Positions 21,659 to 31,000 are shown, numbered from the stretch's first letter. The stretch: DNA of 64,000 bases from Verrucomicrobiota bacterium (GCA_039798785.1 JBDKFG010000015.1:1-64000); one strand, 5' to 3'. Notes: a model not told the origin generated them from the letters alone. Program-made: numbers and translations.

Positions 21659-23713
21659 TCATTGGGCTTGGATCGCAGTCAGCGCGATGGTGTAGATGAT
21701 GTCCTCCACCAGGGCTCCTCGGGACAGGTCATTCACCGGCTTGGCCAGGCCCTGCAGCATCGGCCCCATGGCGAGCACCTGGGCGCTGCGCTGCACCGCT
21801 TTGTACACGGTGTTGCCGGTGTTGAGATCGGGAAAGACGAAGACCGTGGCCTGGCCCGCCACGGCGGAGCCGGGAGCCTTGGACTTGGCCACCGAGGCGA
21901 TAGCCGCGGCGTCGTACTGCAGAGGGCCATCGACCGGGAGTTCGGGTCGGCGGCGGCGGACGATCTCGGTGGCCTGGCGGACTTTATCCACATCGGCGCC
22001 TTCGCCGGAATCGCGGGTGGCGTAGGAGATCATCGCCACCCGTGGCTCGAGACCGAAAGCGAGGGCGGAGTCCGCGGTCTGCAGGGCGATGTCTGCCAGT
22101 TGTTCGGCGCTGGGATCGGGATTGACGGCGCAGTCGGCGAAGAGCACCACCTGCTCGGGCAGGCACATGAAGAAGCAGGAGCTGACCAGGGCGCATCCGG
22201 GAGCTGTCTTGATGAACTGCAGCGCCGGGCGGATGGTGTGGGCGGTGGTGTGGATGGCGCCGGAGACCAGGCCATCGACCCGGCCCAGCTTGAGCAGCAG
22301 GGTGCCGCAGACGATAGGGTCGAGCACCGCCTCGGCGGCGCCGGCTTCGCTCAGCCCTTTGCTTTTGCGCAGTTCGTAAAGGGCGGGAGCGAGTTCGCCG
22401 ACCAGGGCGGCGGGGTCGACGATCTCGATTTCGGGAGGAAGGACCAGCCCCTGGGCGGCGGCGGCGCGACGCACCGCATCCGGCTGGCCGAGAAGTACGC
22501 ACTGGGCGATGCCGTGCTCCTGGCAGCGCACCGCGGCGCGCAGGGTGCGCGGCTCCTCGCCTTCGGGCAGGACGATGCGGCGGCGCACCGAGCGGGCCTG
22601 GCTGAGGAGGCGGTGGCGGAAGGCGGCGGGCGAGAGCTGGCGGCGACGGGTGCTGGCGGCCAGACGCTGGATGAAGGAAGGGTCGATGCGGTCGGCGAGC
22701 ATCGCCATCACTTTTTCTCCGCGCACGCGGTCGTCCGCCGGGACTTCCACATCCATCTCGTGCACCCGGCGGCTGACTTCGTAGGTGCTTTCCTCGATGG
22801 CCAGGATCGGCAGTCCGGTGGCGCGCACCGCGCGTGTCAGTTCCATGACGCGCGGCTCGGGTGGTACCGCGGTCAGCAGGAGCCCTGCGAACTGGGTGCC
22901 GGAAAGTGCCGCGAGCGAGGCCGCCATGATGATGTCGGAGCGGTCCCCGGGAGTGATCAGGAGCGATCCGGGGCGGAGGCCGGCGAGCGCCCCGGGGACG
23001 GCCTGTGCCAGCACGCTGACGCGCTCGATGCGGCGTTCAAGATCACCCTCGTGGAGAACCTGCGGCCCGAGCTGGCGGACCAGATCCTTGCATCTTGGCC
23101 AGGAGAGGTTGGGAATCTCCGGGAAATGCGCCAGCAGCGGCAAATCCAGCTTGGCCAGCACCTCGCGCACCGGCCAGGCCTGGGTCTCGGGGACCCGGTT
23201 GACCACCACCCCGACGACCCGTTTCTTCTCACTGCTGTCGTAGGTCTTGGCGTAGATGCTGAGCTGGTCGGCGAGCGCGGCCGTGCCGCTCTTGTCGAGG
23301 CGAGACACAAGCACCACTTCGGCGTCGAGGGTGCGAGCCAGGGCGGTGTTGAGGCGGTTCGAATAGGTCATGTCGCTCTGCGGCGCCAGGCCTTCCACCA
23401 CCAACACATCGGCCGCATCCCCCGCTTCTTCGCAACGGCTGCAGGCCTCCTCCATAAGTCGGTCCATGTCCCCTTCCGCCAGAAGCGATTCGACCCGCTC
23501 ACGGCAGATCGGCTCAGGAGGATGAAGGGTCGAACCGAGGCGGACGAGCGCGGTCGAACGCTCGGGCTCCCCGCAGACGAGCCGGGTCTGGCCCATCGGC
23601 TTGCAGAAGGAGACTCGGACGCCGAGACGGTCGAAAGCGCGGATCAGGCCGAGTCCGGCGGAAGTGAGTCCGACGCCTGGACCGGTGGGCACGAGAAGGA
23701 TGCTTGTTTTCAT
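21659..23713 (-). CDS. pta: Phosphate acetyltransferase (long form with BioD-like and DRTGG domains)
   Basis: N-terminal GVGLTS..FCKP, TPGDRSD, RIVLPEG.EPRT, GLVSGA.HTT, DCAVNPDP, DGPLQYDAA, FPDLNTGN, KPVNDLSRG. Confidence 0.96.
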   Translation of the reverse strand: MKTSILLVPTGPGVGLTSAGLGLIRAFDRLGVRVSFCKPMGQTRLVCGEPERSTALVRLGSTLHPPEPICRERVESLLAEGDMDRLMEEACSRCEEAGDAADVLVVEGLAPQSDMTYSNRLNTALARTLDAEVVLVSRLDKSGTAALADQLSIYAKTYDSSEKKRVVGVVVNRVPETQAWPVREVLAKLDLPLLAHFPEIPNLSWPRCKDLVRQLGPQVLHEGDLERRIERVSVLAQAVPGALAGLRPGSLLITPGDRSDIIMAASLAALSGTQFAGLLLTAVPPEPRVMELTRAVRATGLPILAIEESTYEVSRRVHEMDVEVPADDRVRGEKVMAMLADRIDPSFIQRLAASTRRRQLSPAAFRHRLLSQARSVRRRIVLPEGEEPRTLRAAVRCQEHGIAQCVLLGQPDAVRRAAAAQGLVLPPEIEIVDPAALVGELAPALYELRKSKGLSEAGAAEAVLDPIVCGTLLLKLGRVDGLVSGAIHTTAHTIRPALQFIKTAPGCALVSSCFFMCLPEQVVLFADCAVNPDPSAEQLADIALQTADSALAFGLEPRVAMISYATRDSGEGADVDKVRQATEIVRRRRPELPVDGPLQYDAAAIASVAKSKAPGSAVAGQATVFVFPDLNTGNTVYKAVQRSAQVLAMGPMLQGLAKPVNDLSRGALVEDIIYTIALTAIQAQ

Positions 23714-23755
23714 GATCGCCTAGGGGGTTCAGATTGATTGATGAAGGAGCGCCTG

Positions 23756-24940
23756 TCAGTCTGGGGCCGATTCGTCCAAGGTCCGCCGAGTCTGTCGGGC
23801 GATTTCCAGCTCTTCGTCGGTGGGGACCACGAGGACGCGGCCGGCGAGGTCGATGCGGCCTCCGCAGGCATTGCCGTGCCAGCTGTTGGCGGCCGGGTCG
23901 AGAGCGAATCCGAAGATCTTCAGCCGAGACAGGGTTTCGGCTCGCAGGTTCGCGTCGTTTTCCCCGATGCCGCCGGTGAAGACAAGGGCGTCCAGACGAT
24001 CGAGGCTGGACGTCATCGCGGCAATGCCTTTTGCAAGGCGGTGGACGAAGACCTCGATGGCGAGGGCGGCAGCGGCATGGCCCCCGCCCGCCGCTGCCCG
24101 CAAGCAGCGCATGTCGCCGGAAAGCTCCGAGATCCCGAGAAGGCCACTGCCGCGGTTGAGGATGCCGTTCAATTCATCCAGGCTGCAGCCGAGACGCCGG
24201 CACATGTAAGGGAGGATGCCGGCATCGAGGTCGCCGCAACGGCTGCCCATCACCAGCCCCTCGAGCGGAGTGAAGCCCATCGTCGTGTCGACACTGCGTC
24301 CGTTTCGCACGGCGCAAAGCGAAGCTCCGTTGCCGAGGTGCGCGGTGACCAGGTGCAGGGCTTCAAGCGGACGTCCGAGGCGGCGAGCAGCCTCGCCTGC
24401 CACATAGGCATGGCTGCTGCCGTGGAAGCCGTAGCGCCGCACCCGGTGCTCTCTCGTCCAGGATGCCGGCACGGCATAGGTGCTGGCGGCGACGGGCAGG
24501 CTGCGATGGAAGGCGGTGTCGAAGACCGCGACCTGTCGCAAGCCGGCAAAGCGGCTGCGTGCCAGGCGGATGCCGGCGAGATTCCCGGGATTGTGCAGCG
24601 GCGCGAGAGCGATGCAGGCCTCGATCGCCTCTTCCACTCCATCGTCAATCTCCACCGCCGAGTCGAAGTGCTCGCCGCCATGCACCACCCGGTGGCCGAC
24701 GGCCTGCGGCAGGAAACGCGGCTCGCTGCGGATCAAGTCGAGCAGACGCCCCATCGCCGCATCCAGATCGAGACCGGGGAGCTTCTCCAGGCGATCTTCT
24801 TGGGGAAGCCTCAGCTTCCAGCTGGCTTCAGACGTGCCCAGCCGGTCCGCCAGGCCGCTGAGCAGACGCTCCCCCCCCGCCAAATTGATCAGACTGAATT
24901 TCAAGGAGGAACTGCCGGCGTTGATGACGAGGATGGACAT
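23756..24940 (-). CDS. ackA: Acetate kinase
   Basis: VINAGSSSLK, GHRVVHGG, LAPLHN, VFDTAFH, RRYGFHG, HLGNGAS, MGFTPLEG, FTGGIGEN, PTDEE. Confidence 0.96.
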   Translation of the reverse strand: MSILVINAGSSSLKFSLINLAGGERLLSGLADRLGTSEASWKLRLPQEDRLEKLPGLDLDAAMGRLLDLIRSEPRFLPQAVGHRVVHGGEHFDSAVEIDDGVEEAIEACIALAPLHNPGNLAGIRLARSRFAGLRQVAVFDTAFHRSLPVAASTYAVPASWTREHRVRRYGFHGSSHAYVAGEAARRLGRPLEALHLVTAHLGNGASLCAVRNGRSVDTTMGFTPLEGLVMGSRCGDLDAGILPYMCRRLGCSLDELNGILNRGSGLLGISELSGDMRCLRAAAGGGHAAAALAIEVFVHRLAKGIAAMTSSLDRLDALVFTGGIGENDANLRAETLSRLKIFGFALDPAANSWHGNACGGRIDLAGRVLVVPTDEELEIARQTRRTLDESAPD

Positions 24941-25081
24941 GGGAATCTCCTGGGAAAAGCAACTTCATGATTAGCAACTCCCTGACATCCGCAAGAGAAA
25001 ACTCCTAATCTCAATGACAGTCAACAATTAGAAAACATCACCATCCGCGATCGGAGAGGGCTTGGCGGCAAGTCCGCGGCT

Positions 25082-26215
25082 TCAGACCAGGCCGAAATGC
25101 TGCTCCGCCAGTCGCAGGATCTGGCGAGCCCGGGCCAGCGGCGAATGTTCACGCAGGATTCTCGCCCGGCTTTCCGGAAGAGCCTCGCGCCGACAAGCGG
25201 AAGAGTGGAAGTCCGCCAGCTTCGCCACGGCAGCACCGAGCGCGCCGGGCTCCCAGGGGTCGTAATCGAGATAATCCCGGCCGGCGACAAAGCCGGCCTC
25301 CTGGTAGAAGCGGCTCGGCGTGGTCAAGCAGACGCTGCCTTGGCCTAGACAGGAGAGCGGCCGTTCATGACTTCCGGCGGGGAGCGTCGGGGTGATGCTG
25401 AGAACCCCCAGAGCCCTTGCGCCGATGAGCAGAGCTTGATTGTAATCGAGAGCCGGGTGAACACGGTGATGCCGCCAGTCCGCCGCATCCCACCCCGCAC
25501 CATAGAGATTCACCGCGAGACCCGCTTCGTCAAGCTCCTTCAGCAGCCGGATGCGCAAGACGAGCCGGATCATCAGATCGAGCTGCGCCACCCCGACGCT
25601 CCATCGCCCGCGCGATCCCTGCCATACCGGATCGTCGCTGTCGAGCAGCTCTGCCGCGTCGGCGCAGCGCCGAGACATCGCCGTCGACAGCCCGGCTTCG
25701 AGTCGGGAGAGTGCCGCTGCTTCGAAGGTGCCCATCCATGCTGCGCGGGCCTCCGCCGGCGACTTCCAAGTGCCGAGAAAACACAATCCCAGCTCAGGCC
25801 GGCGGGCGCTGACGACGCTGGCCGGAGCGGGGTGGGCGAGGAAGGCCCTGGGGATTTCCGGCGCCAGGATCTTCAGGCACGGCATGTGAGCCTCCTCGAA
25901 GGCGGTGATCAAAGCCCGCTTCGTCTGGATCTTGTGCATCCTGCCGTAGATGTGACTGGGATGGTCGATGCCCATCACCATCCAGGCGGCCCCGGGATGT
26001 TTCGCCACCACGGGATGATCAATGCCGACACCTTGAATCGACAGCACCAGATCGGGCCGGAAATCGCAGAGGAGCCTCTCCAGATCGACGGGGCCGCTGA
26101 GATGCCCTGTCGCAACCTCCTGGCCGGGCAAGCCGGCCAGGCCTTGGGCGAGATCACGGGCAAAGCAGTTCGCCACATCGTATTGAAAACTGGCGGTAGG
26201 GACGAGTATGCGCAT
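25082..26215 (-). CDS. Glycosyltransferase-like protein (CgeB/DUF3880-like)
   Basis: DHP motif, LCFLGT, VNLYGAGW, LSITP...GSHER.LSC..GS.CLT, typical of GT-B Glyco_trans_1_2 C-terminal domains. Confidence 0.7.
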   Translation of the reverse strand: MRILVPTASFQYDVANCFARDLAQGLAGLPGQEVATGHLSGPVDLERLLCDFRPDLVLSIQGVGIDHPVVAKHPGAAWMVMGIDHPSHIYGRMHKIQTKRALITAFEEAHMPCLKILAPEIPRAFLAHPAPASVVSARRPELGLCFLGTWKSPAEARAAWMGTFEAAALSRLEAGLSTAMSRRCADAAELLDSDDPVWQGSRGRWSVGVAQLDLMIRLVLRIRLLKELDEAGLAVNLYGAGWDAADWRHHRVHPALDYNQALLIGARALGVLSITPTLPAGSHERPLSCLGQGSVCLTTPSRFYQEAGFVAGRDYLDYDPWEPGALGAAVAKLADFHSSACRREALPESRARILREHSPLARARQILRLAEQHFGLV

Positions 26216-26331
26216 CGGATTCTCCTGTCTCGTCGCAGACAAACGCAATGCCCGTGCCGAGACAGGCATGAATTCTGCATGAAGTCCATTTGACGCCTCC
26301 CCGCAAGCTTCAATCCGAATCGCGACTGACC

Positions 26332-27402
26332 ATGTCCAACGCCGATCCCAGCAAAACCGAGAAGCCGACCTCGAAGCGTCTGAACGACGCGCGCGACAAG
26401 GGAGATATTCCCCTGTCGCAAGACGTCGTTTCGGTCGCAGCCCTGCTCGCCGGCTTCCTCGGCTTCGCCCTCCTGCTGCCCGAAATCATGCGTGCCTGTC
26501 GCGGCATCCTGGTCGCCAGCTTCAAGATGCCCGGGATCGGCAAGCAATGGCAGGTTCCGGAGATGATGGATGGCGCCTTCGCCGCACTCCTCCCGCTGCT
26601 CCTCCCCCTCGGAATCCTGGCCATCGCCATAGCCGCCGCCACTTTGGCCTCACTGTACTTCCAGGTCGGTTTCTTTTTCGACACCAAGCCACTCGAGATC
26701 AAGTGGGACGCCATGAATCCAGCCAACGGAATGAAGCAGCTTCTGCCCAACCGCGACCAGTTCATGCGCCTCGCCATCACCCTCACCAAGGTCGCCCTCC
26801 TGTCAATCTTCTGCTGGGTCTGGATCGTCGGCGACCTGCAGTCGAATCTCGACCTGATCGAGTCCGACCTTGCCTCGGGAGCCTCGCTGATGCTCTGGAA
26901 TGCCTTCAAGCTCGCCATGGCCGTTCTCTTCGTCTACGCCATCCTCGCCGCCGTCGACGCCTGGTGGAAGCACACCCGCCACATCGACAAGCTGATGATG
27001 AGCAAGCAGGAAGTCAAGGATGAGCACCGCAACGCCGAGGGCGACCCCAAGGTGAAGGCGAAGATACGTGCCAAGATGCGCGAACTGATGGGGCGCAGCC
27101 TGAAAAAGGAAGTGAGCAAGGGAACCGTGGTGGTCACCAACCCGACCCACGTCGCCGTCGTCCTGCAATACGTCTCCGGCGAACCAGCGCCCCGCGTCCT
27201 CGCCAAAGGCCTGCGGAAAAGAGCCGAGCGGATCAAGGCTCTCGCCAGGGAAATGCAGATCCCGATCATCGAAGCTCCTCCCCTCGCACGCGCACTCTAC
27301 CGCGCCGTGCCGGATGGAGCCTACATCGAAAACCGTTTCTTCACTGCCGTCGCCGCGATTCTCGCCAAGGTCTACAAGGCGCGCCGCCGCAGACGCGGCT
27401 GA
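26332..27402 (+). CDS. flhB: Flagellar/type III export switch protein FlhB (EscU/YscU family)
   Basis: KTEKPT.KRL.DAR.KG, four TM segments, MMSKQEVKDE...EGDP.VK, autocleavage motif TNPTH, PPLARALY. Confidence 0.92.
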   Translation: MSNADPSKTEKPTSKRLNDARDKGDIPLSQDVVSVAALLAGFLGFALLLPEIMRACRGILVASFKMPGIGKQWQVPEMMDGAFAALLPLLLPLGILAIAIAAATLASLYFQVGFFFDTKPLEIKWDAMNPANGMKQLLPNRDQFMRLAITLTKVALLSIFCWVWIVGDLQSNLDLIESDLASGASLMLWNAFKLAMAVLFVYAILAAVDAWWKHTRHIDKLMMSKQEVKDEHRNAEGDPKVKAKIRAKMRELMGRSLKKEVSKGTVVVTNPTHVAVVLQYVSGEPAPRVLAKGLRKRAERIKALAREMQIPIIEAPPLARALYRAVPDGAYIENRFFTAVAAILAKVYKARRRRRG

Positions 27403-27417
27403 GCCGATTCCGGCAGC

Positions 27418-27442
27418 AAAAAGCCCCGGCCGATGCCGGGGC
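27418..27442 (-). terminator. Rho-independent terminator
   Basis: GCCCCGGC-cgat-GCCGGGGC with an A5 run on the left, giving a U-tract for the minus-strand purO. Confidence 0.6.
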
Positions 27443-27463
27443 CTCTGGCGGCTTTCCGGACGA

Positions 27464-28099
27464 TCAGGCGTCGCGGCAGGCGGTCTCGAAGCCGCAGGAG
27501 TGCTCGACAGCGCAAATGGCGCTGACCGGACGCTCGAGCTGGGCGAAGACGCCTTTGCCGAGGATGTAGCCGCAGGCCTCAAGGGCATTGCTGACGTCGA
27601 AAGCGTCGTCGCGCTGGGTGCTGCAGGGTGAGTTATGCTCGTAGGTGGCGAGATAGAAGGCCTGGCCGGGCTTGACTTCGAACTCCCGGATCAGCAAAGC
27701 GTCGGCGCGGATGCAGCCGAGGGCGGCCTTGCCGCTGAGGCGATCGACCACCGCGGCGATGCGCGGGGTGCTCAGGGTGTCGTGCTCGTAGTCCATACCA
27801 AGCAGAGCGGCGGCCAGAGCGTCGCGAATAGGATAGCCCTTCTCGATCTTCTCGGCGATCGGATCGGTATGCGAACCGTTCGACACCACGGCGTGGCTGC
27901 CGACGATGCGCAAGGCATTGTAGGCGATGTAGGGATTGACCAGGACGTCGTTCTCGTGACCGGGCTTGGGAACGATGGCAATGCCCTTCCCCATCTCTTT
28001 GGCCATGCGGTTGGGGAAGGATCGCGACGAGACGCGATACATGGCGCAGAGTTTTCCGGATTGATTGCGAGCGATGCTGACGATGCGGCCGACGTACAT
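27464..28099 (-). CDS. purO: IMP cyclohydrolase, archaeal PurO type
   Basis: MYVGRIV...YRVSSRSFPNR, NPYIAYN, VSNGSHTD, RDALA..L..MDYEHD...TPRIA. 211 aa, ATG preceded by GGAGG. Confidence 0.9.
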   Translation of the reverse strand: MYVGRIVSIARNQSGKLCAMYRVSSRSFPNRMAKEMGKGIAIVPKPGHENDVLVNPYIAYNALRIVGSHAVVSNGSHTDPIAEKIEKGYPIRDALAAALLGMDYEHDTLSTPRIAAVVDRLSGKAALGCIRADALLIREFEVKPGQAFYLATYEHNSPCSTQRDDAFDVSNALEACGYILGKGVFAQLERPVSAICAVEHSCGFETACRDA

Positions 28100-28340
28100 G
28101 AGAGACCTCCGTTTTTGGTGTGTCATCGAAGCTAGCCGCTGTGTGACTCTTGCCAAGGCTCTCCATTTGATTCCGCTTAGCTGGGCCGGAGGAATTCGTC
28201 GGACTTCTGCATTGTCCTCGGTGTCGTCGTCTTTGCCCAGGCAGGTGCGGCAGGGAGCTTGCCCCACTACGATGCTGAGTGCAGTTATAGTGGCTGTCTG
28301 GACTGCGACGGGGCTCTCTTGGGAATTACGCCGCTGAGAC

Positions 28341-28368
28341 TTGCACCTGGTGCGCCCGCCCTTATACT
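28341..28368 (+). promoter_or_regulatory. Putative sigma70 promoter of the DEAD-box helicase gene
   Basis: TTGCAC-16 nt-TATACT about 40 nt upstream of the TTG start. Confidence 0.5.
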
Positions 28369-28409
28369 CAAGGCACCCACGCAATCACGCGAACTTAGGA
28401 CACACCATT

Positions 28410-30164
28410 TTGAGCTTCTTCGGCAAACTTATCGGCTGGCTTTTCGGCAAAAAAACTGAAACCGCCCCCCCTCCTCCCGCCTCCACGGCTCCCGCCTCGC
28501 AGCCTCAAGTCTCCGCCCCGTCCCCGGCCGAAGCCGGCCAGCAACGCCGCGATGAACGCCCCCGCCGTGATGAACGCGCCCCCCGCCGTGACGGCGAACG
28601 CTCCGAGCGCCGTGATGAACGCGCCCCCCGCCGTGACGGCGAACGCTCCGAGCGCCGTGATGAACGCGGCCCCCGCCGTGACGGCGAACGCCCCCGCCGC
28701 GATGAAATGGCGCCGCGAAGCGACCGCTTCGCCGAAGAAGAGGAGCGCGGCCCCCGCCCCGAGCGCCGCGAAGAGATGCCTCGCCCCAAACCCGTGGCCC
28801 CGGCCAAGCCTGAGGAAGGCTGGATCGCTCCCGCCGAGCTCGGCGAAGAAGTCGAAGGCATGACCCGCTTCGCCTCGCTCGGCATCGCCCCCCCCGTCCT
28901 CCACTCGGTTTTCGACCTCGGCTTCGAGTTCTGCACCGAGATCCAGGCTCAGATCCTGCCCCACTCCCTCGCCGGCATGGACGTCGCCGGCAAGGCTCAG
29001 ACCGGCTCGGGCAAGACCGCCGCCTTCCTCATCTCGGTCTTCAACCACTTCATCAAGAACCCCCTCGCCGAACAGATGAGCGGCACCCCACGCTGCCTCA
29101 TCCTCGCCCCCACCCGTGAGCTCGCCGTCCAGATCGCCAAAGACGCCGCCAACGTCGGCAAGTACACCGACTCCAAGACCGTCGCTGTCTTCGGCGGCAT
29201 GGACTTCGAGAAGCAGCTCAACGAACTTTCCGGTCGCGTCGACATCCTGGTCGCCACCCCCGGCCGCCTGATCGACTACATCCGCCGCGGCGCCATCGAT
29301 CTCCGCAAGGTCGAGTTCCTCATCATCGACGAGGCAGACCGCATGCTCGACATGGGCTTCATCCCCGACGTCCGCCGCATCATCGCTCACATCCCCGAGA
29401 CCGACAAGCGCAGCACCCAGCTCTTCTCCGCCACCCTCGACGGCGAAGTCCTGACCCTGGCCCAGCGCTGGCTCAAGCCCGACTTCATCAAGATCGAGAT
29501 CCAACCTGAATCGGTGGTCTCCAAGGACGTTCAGCAGACCATCTATCTGACCTCGGCGGCCGAGAAGCTCCCCGTCATTCTTTGGCATCTGAAAAACGAC
29601 TCGGTCGAGCGGATGATCATCTTCGTCAACCGCAAGGACGAATCGGTCCGCCTCGCCAACGCCCTGCACCGCCACGGCATCGACCTCGAGCTGCTCTCCG
29701 GCGACGTGCCGCAAAAGAAGCGGATGAAGACCCTCGAGCTCTTCCGCAAGGGCGAGCTCAAGGTCATCGTCGCCACCGACGTCGCCGGCCGCGGCATCCA
29801 CGTCGACAACGTCAGTCACGTCGTCAACTACGAGCTCCCCTACGAGCCCGACGACTACGTCCACCGCGTCGGCCGCACCGGCCGCGCCGGCAACAAGGGC
29901 AAGGCGCTCAGCTTCGCCTGCGAGAACTCGGCCTTCGAGATCCCCGAAATCGAATCCTACATCGGCATGAGCCTGACCTCTCAGGTTCCACCTGAAGAAA
30001 TGATCCAGCCGCATCTCCAGGTCACCGAGGAGAAGAAGTTCACCTTCTCCGGCGATGAACCCGGCGCCCGCGGCCGCCACGGCTCTTCTTCTTCTCACCA
30101 CGGCTCCCGACCCAGCGGATCCCGAGCCCATCACGGCGGTCGCGGCGGCCCCCGCCGGCGCTGA
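28410..30164 (+). CDS. rhlB: DEAD-box RNA helicase, RhlB-like, with disordered R/E/D-rich N-terminus
   Basis: Q motif GFEFCTEIQ, AQTGSGKT, PTRELA, TPGRLID, DEADRMLDMGF, SAT, TDVAGRGIH, YVHRVGRTGRAG. TTG start at 28410 after AGGA. Confidence 0.85.
   Translation: MSFFGKLIGWLFGKKTETAPPPPASTAPASQPQVSAPSPAEAGQQRRDERPRRDERAPRRDGERSERRDERAPRRDGERSERRDERGPRRDGERPRRDEMAPRSDRFAEEEERGPRPERREEMPRPKPVAPAKPEEGWIAPAELGEEVEGMTRFASLGIAPPVLHSVFDLGFEFCTEIQAQILPHSLAGMDVAGKAQTGSGKTAAFLISVFNHFIKNPLAEQMSGTPRCLILAPTRELAVQIAKDAANVGKYTDSKTVAVFGGMDFEKQLNELSGRVDILVATPGRLIDYIRRGAIDLRKVEFLIIDEADRMLDMGFIPDVRRIIAHIPETDKRSTQLFSATLDGEVLTLAQRWLKPDFIKIEIQPESVVSKDVQQTIYLTSAAEKLPVILWHLKNDSVERMIIFVNRKDESVRLANALHRHGIDLELLSGDVPQKKRMKTLELFRKGELKVIVATDVAGRGIHVDNVSHVVNYELPYEPDDYVHRVGRTGRAGNKGKALSFACENSAFEIPEIESYIGMSLTSQVPPEEMIQPHLQVTEEKKFTFSGDEPGARGRHGSSSSHHGSRPSGSRAHHGGRGGPRRR
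28563..28691 (+). repeat. 45-bp in-frame tandem repeat (RRDERAPRRDGERSE), about 2.9 copies
   Basis: Two identical units at 28563-28607 and 28608-28652 plus a near-identical partial third. Confidence 0.9.
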
Positions 30165-30188
30165 TCCTTTTGAAAACGTGAATAGACG

Positions 30189-30214
30189 ACGCCGGCCTCG
30201 TGCCGGCGTTTTTT
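30189..30214 (+). terminator. Rho-independent terminator
   Basis: ACGCCGGC-ctcgt-GCCGGCGT-TTTTT after the helicase stop. Confidence 0.8.
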
Positions 30215-30467
30215 GCCGCTATTTCATCTGAGAACTTTCAGTACCTCAAAGGACTGTCTTGATGATCCCGCCACGTGATCGAGCCCGGCACCTGTGCAAG
30301 TCTGATTGCGCCCGGGAAGGGCGGCCGAGTGTCGGCCCCTGATGTGGAGACAGGGCACGAGTCGCAACCCCTGGGCAAGGGGATGTTTTGACTCCCCCAA
30401 CTCCCACCTCACTGAAAAGCAGCTTGAATACATCCCAGTCCAAGCTCAATTCGGTGTGATACACGTC

Positions 30468-30493
30468 GAACTTTTGCGTCCGCCGCAACGTTT
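30468..30493 (+). promoter_or_regulatory. Putative ECF sigma-factor promoter
   Basis: GAACTT...CGTTT (AAC-17 nt-CGT) just upstream of the anti-sigma-like gene. Confidence 0.45.
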
Positions 30494-30517
30494 CACTTGA
30501 TGAACCCCGAGGTTGCC

Positions 30518-31000
30518 GTGAGTCAACACCCACTCCCAGAAGAGCTTTTTGATCCCGAGCCGAATCCCATTCTGCTTGATCACCTGAGCCTGTGCCCGGT
30601 CTGCGCAGGCATCCGCCGCGACTTCGGTACCCTGGCGGCGTGGCAGGCGGCCCAGACCGAGTCTTCCATCCCGGCCCAGACGGATGCCGCCATACGCGCC
30701 GAATTCGCGCTTCAATCTCTCTCCCGACGCCGCCGCAAGACACGGCGCCGCGCGGCATATGCCCTTGCGGCAAGTGCCGCGGCGGCACTTTTCGTCTTCG
30801 CCATCCTTCCACGCGGAATGCCGGATTCGGACATCAATAGCGATGGATTGGTTGATGTTCTCGACTCCCAACGTCTTGCACTCGCCCTGAATCGCGGTGG
30901 CGAAGCTCGCGACCTCAATCGCGACGGCCTCGCTAATGCACAGGACTTGAAACATTTGCGTCGCACCATCGTCTCACTCGGTCCGGAGGAGACACGATGA
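30518..31000 (+). CDS. Zinc-finger anti-sigma-like membrane protein with C-terminal dockerin domain
   Basis: HLSLCPVC (H-x3-C-x2-C), basic stretch RRRRKTRRR, one TM helix, then two Ca-binding loops DINSDGLVDVLD and DLNRDGLANAQD. GTG at 30518 follows GAGG; alternative starts are 30497 and 30500. Confidence 0.75.
   Translation: MSQHPLPEELFDPEPNPILLDHLSLCPVCAGIRRDFGTLAAWQAAQTESSIPAQTDAAIRAEFALQSLSRRRRKTRRRAAYALAASAAAALFVFAILPRGMPDSDINSDGLVDVLDSQRLALALNRGGEARDLNRDGLANAQDLKHLRRTIVSLGPEETR

Noticed and set aside
21632..23737. Long antisense ORFs (701 aa here; also 44804-46903, 28395-30134, 33373-34854, 16189-17550 and others)
   Set aside because: They are shadows of GC-rich genes on the opposite strand and carry no family motifs.
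28100..28384. 95-aa N-terminal extension of purO in the ORF track
   Set aside because: PurO homologues start at MY.GR, and a GGAGG RBS precedes the ATG at 28099.
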